Assembly: GCA_047495785.1 (NCBI GenBank)
Contig: JBLDXI010000024.1
Coordinates: 2,604,001-2,668,000, forward strand
Reading direction: 5' to 3'
DNA length: 64,000 nucleotides
From: Lepidodermella squamata
Taxonomy: Eukaryota; Animalia; Gastrotricha
The notes under the pieces were generated by a model that was not told where the DNA came from, made no database searches, and saw only the letters and a program-made list of their open reading frames with translations. Of the stretch, positions 60,001-64,000 are shown one piece after another. Every line of letters starts with the position of its first letter. Within the stretch, counting starts at the first letter, position 1. Both the position numbers and the translations under genes were made by a program.

Positions 60001-63000
60001 CTGGATCAAAAATCGAGAGGCCAATACCGAGCTGCAAATCACAACTTTGAACCATAAATTCTTCCGAACTCACCTCGAAGATTGCCTCAGCATGGGCCGT
60101 CCTCTCTTGATCGAAGACATCGGCGAGGAACTTGACCCAGTTTTGGACAATGTTCTGGAAAAAAATTTCATCCGCCAGGGGAGTCGGCAGAAGATCAAAT
60201 TGGGCGATAAGGAAGTTGACTACGCCGATGGTTTCCGGCTCTATATTACTACAAAAATGGCTAATCCAGCTTATCGACCTGAAATCGCGGCTAGAACTGC
60301 AATTATCGACTTCACTGTCACACTTCGAGGTCTGGAGGACCAATTACTCAGTATTGTAATCGTAACCGAAAAGGCTGATCTCGAACAAGCGAGAAAGGAA
60401 CTAGTCGAGGAAGTTATGGCTAACAAAAAGAAGATGAAAGAGCTTGAGGACAACTTACTCTACCGACTCACCAGTACCGAAGGTTCCTTAGTGGATGATG
60501 ATAAGCTGATTGAGGTCCTTTACAGCACGAAAGCCACAGCCGAGGAGGTAAAAGAAAAACTAAGAGTTGCCGGCGAAACTGAGGTTCAAATCACATCAGC
60601 TCGAGAAGAATTCCGACCAGTTGCCGCCCGTGGTTCCATCCTTTATTTCCTTATCGTCGAAATGTCAATGGTTAACTGCATGTACCAAACGTCGCTGAAA
60701 CAATTTCTCGGAATTTTCGACAATTCCATGGCGAAATCAGCTCGATCGCCTTATACTAACAAGCGAATCTCAAATATCATTGATTACCTCACTTATGATG
60801 TGTTCAAGTACACGTGTCGAGGTCTTTATGAGCGGGACAAGTTCATGTTCACCCTTCAAATGGCTATCAAAGTCCAGTTGCAGCAGAAAATCATTCGGCC
60901 GGAAGAGTTTCAAGTCTTTATCAAGGGCGGAGCTTCCCTTGATCTTAACTCAGTCGAACCGAAGCCGAAAAAATGGATTACAGACATGACGTGGCTCAAT
61001 TTGGTGGAACTATCCCATCTTCTCCAATTCACCAATATTTTGAAGCAAGTTGCCGATAATGACAAACAGTGGAAGGCATGGTTTGACTCCGAGGCCCCAG
61101 AAGAGATCATTATTCCAGATGGTTATTCCGCCCTGCCCACTTGGTATAAGTTGCTATTGGTCCGAAGTTGGTGCCCAGATCGGACTGCTCCGATGGCGAG
61201 GAAATATGTCGCGGAGGCTTTGGGTGAATCATTCGCGGAACCTGTTATCCTCAACTGGGAGGTGATGTGGGAAGAATCTACCCCGAAAACACCAATGATC
61301 TCCTTCCTATCAACCGGAGCTGATCCAACGGAAGATATCGAAAAACTTGGCAAGAAGTTGAATGTTAAGACTGGAGCTATTTCAATGGGCCAAGGTCAGG
61401 AAATTCATGCAAGACGTTTGCTCCAACAGGGTATGACAGAGGGACGTTGGGTCCTTTTCCAAAATTGCCATCTCGGCCTAATGTTCATGGACGAACTGAT
61501 GGAAACGATTCTAGAGGCTAATCCGGTTCATCAGGACTTCAGATGTTGGGTGACTACAGAGCCTCACCCCTCCTTCCCGATCAATCTACTGCAAATCAGT
61601 ATAAAATTCACGAACGAACCTCCCCAGGGTGTTAAGGCTGGTCTGAAGCGAACCTATGCCGGCCTGACCCAGGAATTGATCGACTATACCAATGCCGCAC
61701 AATGGCGACCAATGTTGTACTGTGTCGCCTTTTTACACACTGCAGTTCAGGAGAGGCGTAAATTCGGCCCAATAGGCTGGAATATCCCTTACGAGTTCAA
61801 CCAAGCCGACTTCACGTCGACAGTCCAGTTCGTCCAGAACCATCTGGACGATATGGACCCGAAAAAGGGGGTTAGTTGGTCGACTGTAGCCTATATGATT
61901 GGTGAGGTGCAGTACGGGGGTAGGGTGACTGATGATTACGACAAGCGTCTATTGAACACTTATGCTCGAGTTTGGTTCCGAGACGCAATTTTCACGGACC
62001 AGTTTGAGTTTGGTCGGGGTTACAAAATCCCGAAGTGTAGGACCGTGGATGAGTACAAAAACTATATCGAACAAATGGCGGCTGTTGATTCGCCCGAATG
62101 TTTCGGCCTTCATATGAATGCTGATATCATCTATCAGACTAATACGGCTAATCAAATGCTATCGACTATCATGTCTATTCAGCCGAAAGATGCGGGATCT
62201 GGGGCTGGGGAGACTCGAGAATCTGTTGTCTATCGATTAGCTGATGAAATGCTGCAGAAGTTACCGTTGGACTACAACCCTCATGAGGTGAAGGAGCGAT
62301 TGAAGAAACTAGGCCATTTGCAGCCTTTGAACATTTTCCTACGTCAAGAAATCGCGAGGATGCAGAGAGTTATCGCAGCTGTTCGAAGCACCTTAACTGA
62401 TCTAAGACTCGCAATTGATGGTACTATAATCATGAATGAGTCGCTGAAAGACGCTTTGGATGCGTTGTTTGATGCGAGAATTCCGACTGGTTGGAGAAAG
62501 GTCTCGTGGGACTCAGCCACCTTAGGATTCTGGTTTACTGATTTATTGGACCGCAACCAGCAATTTTACACCTGGGTGAACAGCGAACGGCCAGATTGCT
62601 TCTGGCTGACAGGATTCTTCAATCCCCAAGGCTTTTTAACCGCAATGAGACAGGAAATAGCCCGAGCTCATAAGGTATTAGGAAAACTAAAAAAAAATCC
62701 GCCTTAATATAATATTTTTATTTTTCAGGGCTGGGCGTTAGATGCAGTTGTTTTGGCGAATGAAGTGACGAAGTTGAATAAGGAGGACGTGAATCACGGC
62801 CCGCAGGAGGGTGTCTACATTTACGGGCTTTACATAGAAGGCGCTGGATGGGACAGGCGAAATTGCCGCTTGACTGAATCCTTACCTAAAGTCCTCTACA
62901 CTGGAATGCCTGTCATATGGGTGTACGCTGTGAATGCAGAGAATAAGCCGAAAAATGCGAATTGCTACGACTGTCCTGTGTACAAAAAGCCACGACGCAC

Positions 63001-63097
63001 TGATTTGACCTACATTTTCCCGCTACAATTGAAAACGGCTAAGGATCCTGATCACTGGGCTATGCGCGGAGTTGCCCTACTTTGTGACACAAAATAA
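39039..63097 (+). CDS. DNAH5: Axonemal outer-arm dynein heavy chain, DNAH5/DNAH8 type, complete multi-exon gene
   Basis: P-loops [33 protein letters not shown]; CFDEFNR; C-terminal W..RGVALLCD. The first exon (ATG 39039) is less certain. Confidence 0.95.
41154..41897. mobile_element. Tc1/mariner-type MITE with CCGTAA termini
   Basis: TA-CCGTAA..TTACGG-TA; imperfect ~27-bp TIRs and internal TTTGGACA/TGTCCAAA repeats. Confidence 0.65.
41917..42296 (-). mobile_element. 5'-truncated non-LTR retrotransposon fragment (restriction-like endonuclease, R2/NeSL-type C-terminus plus short 3' UTR)
   Basis: [29 protein letters not shown], stop at 41986, AATAAA about 65 nt downstream. Confidence 0.75.
42763..42834 (+). 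tRNA. tRNA-Arg(CCT), unpaired copy
   Basis: Cloverleaf; anticodon arm TCGGC-CT-CCT-AA-GCCGA; T-run terminator. Confidence 0.95.
43263..43334 (+). tRNA. tRNA-Arg(CCT), cassette 1
   Basis: Identical to 42763-42834. Confidence 0.95.
43404..43475 (-). tRNA. tRNA-Arg(TCT), intronless, cassette 1
   Basis: Anticodon arm TTGGA-CT-TCT-AA-TTCAA; cloverleaf. Confidence 0.95.
44951..45021 (+). tRNA. tRNA-Gly(CCC)
   Basis: Anticodon arm CAAGA-TT-CCC-AT-TCTTG; closely resembles metazoan Gly-CCC. Confidence 0.95.
45543..45614 (+). tRNA. tRNA-Arg(TCT), cassette 2
   Basis: Identical to the other TCT copies. Confidence 0.95.
45684..45755 (-). tRNA. tRNA-Arg(CCT), cassette 2
   Basis: Identical to the other CCT copies. 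Confidence 0.95.
48532..48603 (+). tRNA. tRNA-Arg(TCT), cassette 3
   Basis: Identical copy. Confidence 0.95.
48673..48744 (-). tRNA. tRNA-Arg(CCT), cassette 3
   Basis: Identical copy. Confidence 0.95.
50549..50686. repeat. Small GC-rich inverted/direct repeat (probable MITE relic) in the intron that splits the dynein P1 loop
   Basis: GCGTTTGGCATTAGTGCGCG / CGCGCACTAATGCCGGACGC inverted pair; GCTAATTACTGCG direct repeat; intron 50508-50719. Confidence 0.5.
51794..52194. mobile_element. Foldback-type palindromic element (401 bp) with arms made of ~15-bp tandem GAGCAAACGAAATTA units
   Basis: GGTTCTATGTCAATTGAGC..GCTCAATTGACATAGAACC; 8-bp TSD TTTTATTC (51786-51793, 52195-52202). Confidence 0.85.
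53506..53576 (+). tRNA. tRNA-Gly(CCC)
   Basis: Differs from the 44951 copy at one acceptor-stem base. Confidence 0.95.
53730..53801 (+). tRNA. tRNA-Arg(TCT), cassette 4
   Basis: Identical copy. Confidence 0.95.
53871..53942 (-). tRNA. tRNA-Arg(CCT), cassette 4
   Basis: Identical copy. Confidence 0.95.
54578..55833 (-). CDS. Nested antisense rhodopsin-like (class A) orphan GPCR, 3 exons
   Basis: Seven TM segments, TM1 Asn, TM3 Cys and ISYERK (DRY variant), TM4 Trp, TM6 FHVP. Two ~50-nt GT-AG introns join the three ORFs. Lies in dynein intron 53477-56810. Confidence 0.8.
56571..56615 (+). pseudogene. Decayed tRNA-Arg(TCT) remnant, cassette 5
   Basis: ATTGTGGGTT and CTGGGGCG-AAATACT (tRNA 3' end plus the cassette trailer) at the expected place, 74 nt from the CCT gene. 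Confidence 0.55.
56683..56754 (-). tRNA. tRNA-Arg(CCT), cassette 5
   Basis: Identical copy. Confidence 0.95.
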
Positions 63098-63236
63098 AAA
63101 AATTATGTCTTGAAAATCTAAAATAATTTAAAAAATTTGAACTAAAATTATTGCATTTTTTTCTCGTCAATCAATGCACGGACCTGTAATTTCTCACCCG
63201 CAATAAAATATCGGTTAAGTGTAATTAATTTGTTAA

Positions 63237-63790
63237 TTATTTATGCCACTGCTCTCTCGAGGGCTGTATGCCATGAAAAAATATATCGCAGATTTTCCTG
63301 TGAATAGAAAGAGTAAATATCAGCAAGATCTTCTCCTGCGCGTACCTGAAGGCTATTTGGTTACAAAATCTTCCTTTAGGATTGATTGAATTTCCACTCT
63401 GCTGAAGGTTCCCTCGTTCATAAGCAAACACTACTACACCATTGAGCCATAATTAGTCAGAGTAATAAACCGCAACGCTGTGGCCCGAAGCCATCGAGCT
63501 GCAAAGCGTTTTTCCCAGGATAACATTGAGCCTGAAAACCGCGACTATTTACAGATTGATTTTCTCTCTGTAGTTGAATAAAACTGCAAAACGATGAGTT
63601 ACGTTGCTAAGCATTTCAACTCAATTCTACCCCTACTCCTTTTTGCGATCCAGATTATCGGGGCTATAACTGGCACGTTTGGTGAGCTCAGCAATTCCTT
63701 TGTTTTGGAAGTTTTTGAAATCGTTTCTCTTATATTTAAAAGGCGGAGTTTTAGTCGAAAATTATCGTGATTTAGAATCAGCAAATTCTA
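63237..63790 (-). CDS. Possible 3' exons of an unidentified gene converging on dynein; frame ambiguous
   Basis: Several plausible short GT-AG introns between open segments; no recognisable domain. Confidence 0.25.
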
Positions 63791-64000
63791 AGTTATAAAT
63801 CATGGAATTGGATCCGCATTAAATCTACAATCATCATAAAATAGACTCTTTTCTGTCATTGACTAAAATTTGCAATTTTTTATATAATATTATATCCAGT
63901 TTTTGTAAATAAATAAACGATTTACCTATTTTGAGTCGCGATTGCGTCCAAATTGAGGCTGCTTTATTGACTACAGGATTTCCGTGACAGCCCGAGGGTA

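Overview
Compact invertebrate-animal (metazoan) nuclear DNA in the standard genetic code, with mostly 45-60 nt spliceosomal introns; the species cannot be identified from this window. 1-21.7 kb is gene-dense with no recognised TEs: two intronless GABA-B-type class C GPCRs flanking a divergent nuclear receptor, two tandem transmembrane C-type lectins, a gamma-glutamyltranspeptidase, a dispanin-like gene, a tandem array of five unrecognised His-rich single-pass membrane microproteins, an orphan Cys-loop receptor and a secreted Cys-rich protein. 22-63 kb holds two large genes with AT-rich, cargo-filled introns. The first is a TRPN/NompC channel with an atypical pore, hosting an antisense SOCS-box gene with one in-frame TAG and two MITEs. 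The second is a DNAH5/8-type axonemal dynein heavy chain whose four largest introns carry 12 intact tRNA genes (6 Arg-CCT, 4 Arg-TCT, 2 Gly-CCC), mostly as a repeated 213-bp convergent Arg-TCT/Arg-CCT cassette, plus a nested class A GPCR, MITEs and a retrotransposon fragment. Between the two genes an apparently intact Mutator element is nested in a pogo/Tc1-like non-autonomous element. Best candidates for undescribed biology: the intronic AGR-tRNA hairpin cassettes, the His-rich microprotein array, the pore-divergent TRPN, and a repeated C-to-G skew switch within long exons. All gene models were built by eye and all homology calls come from recalled motifs, not database searches.
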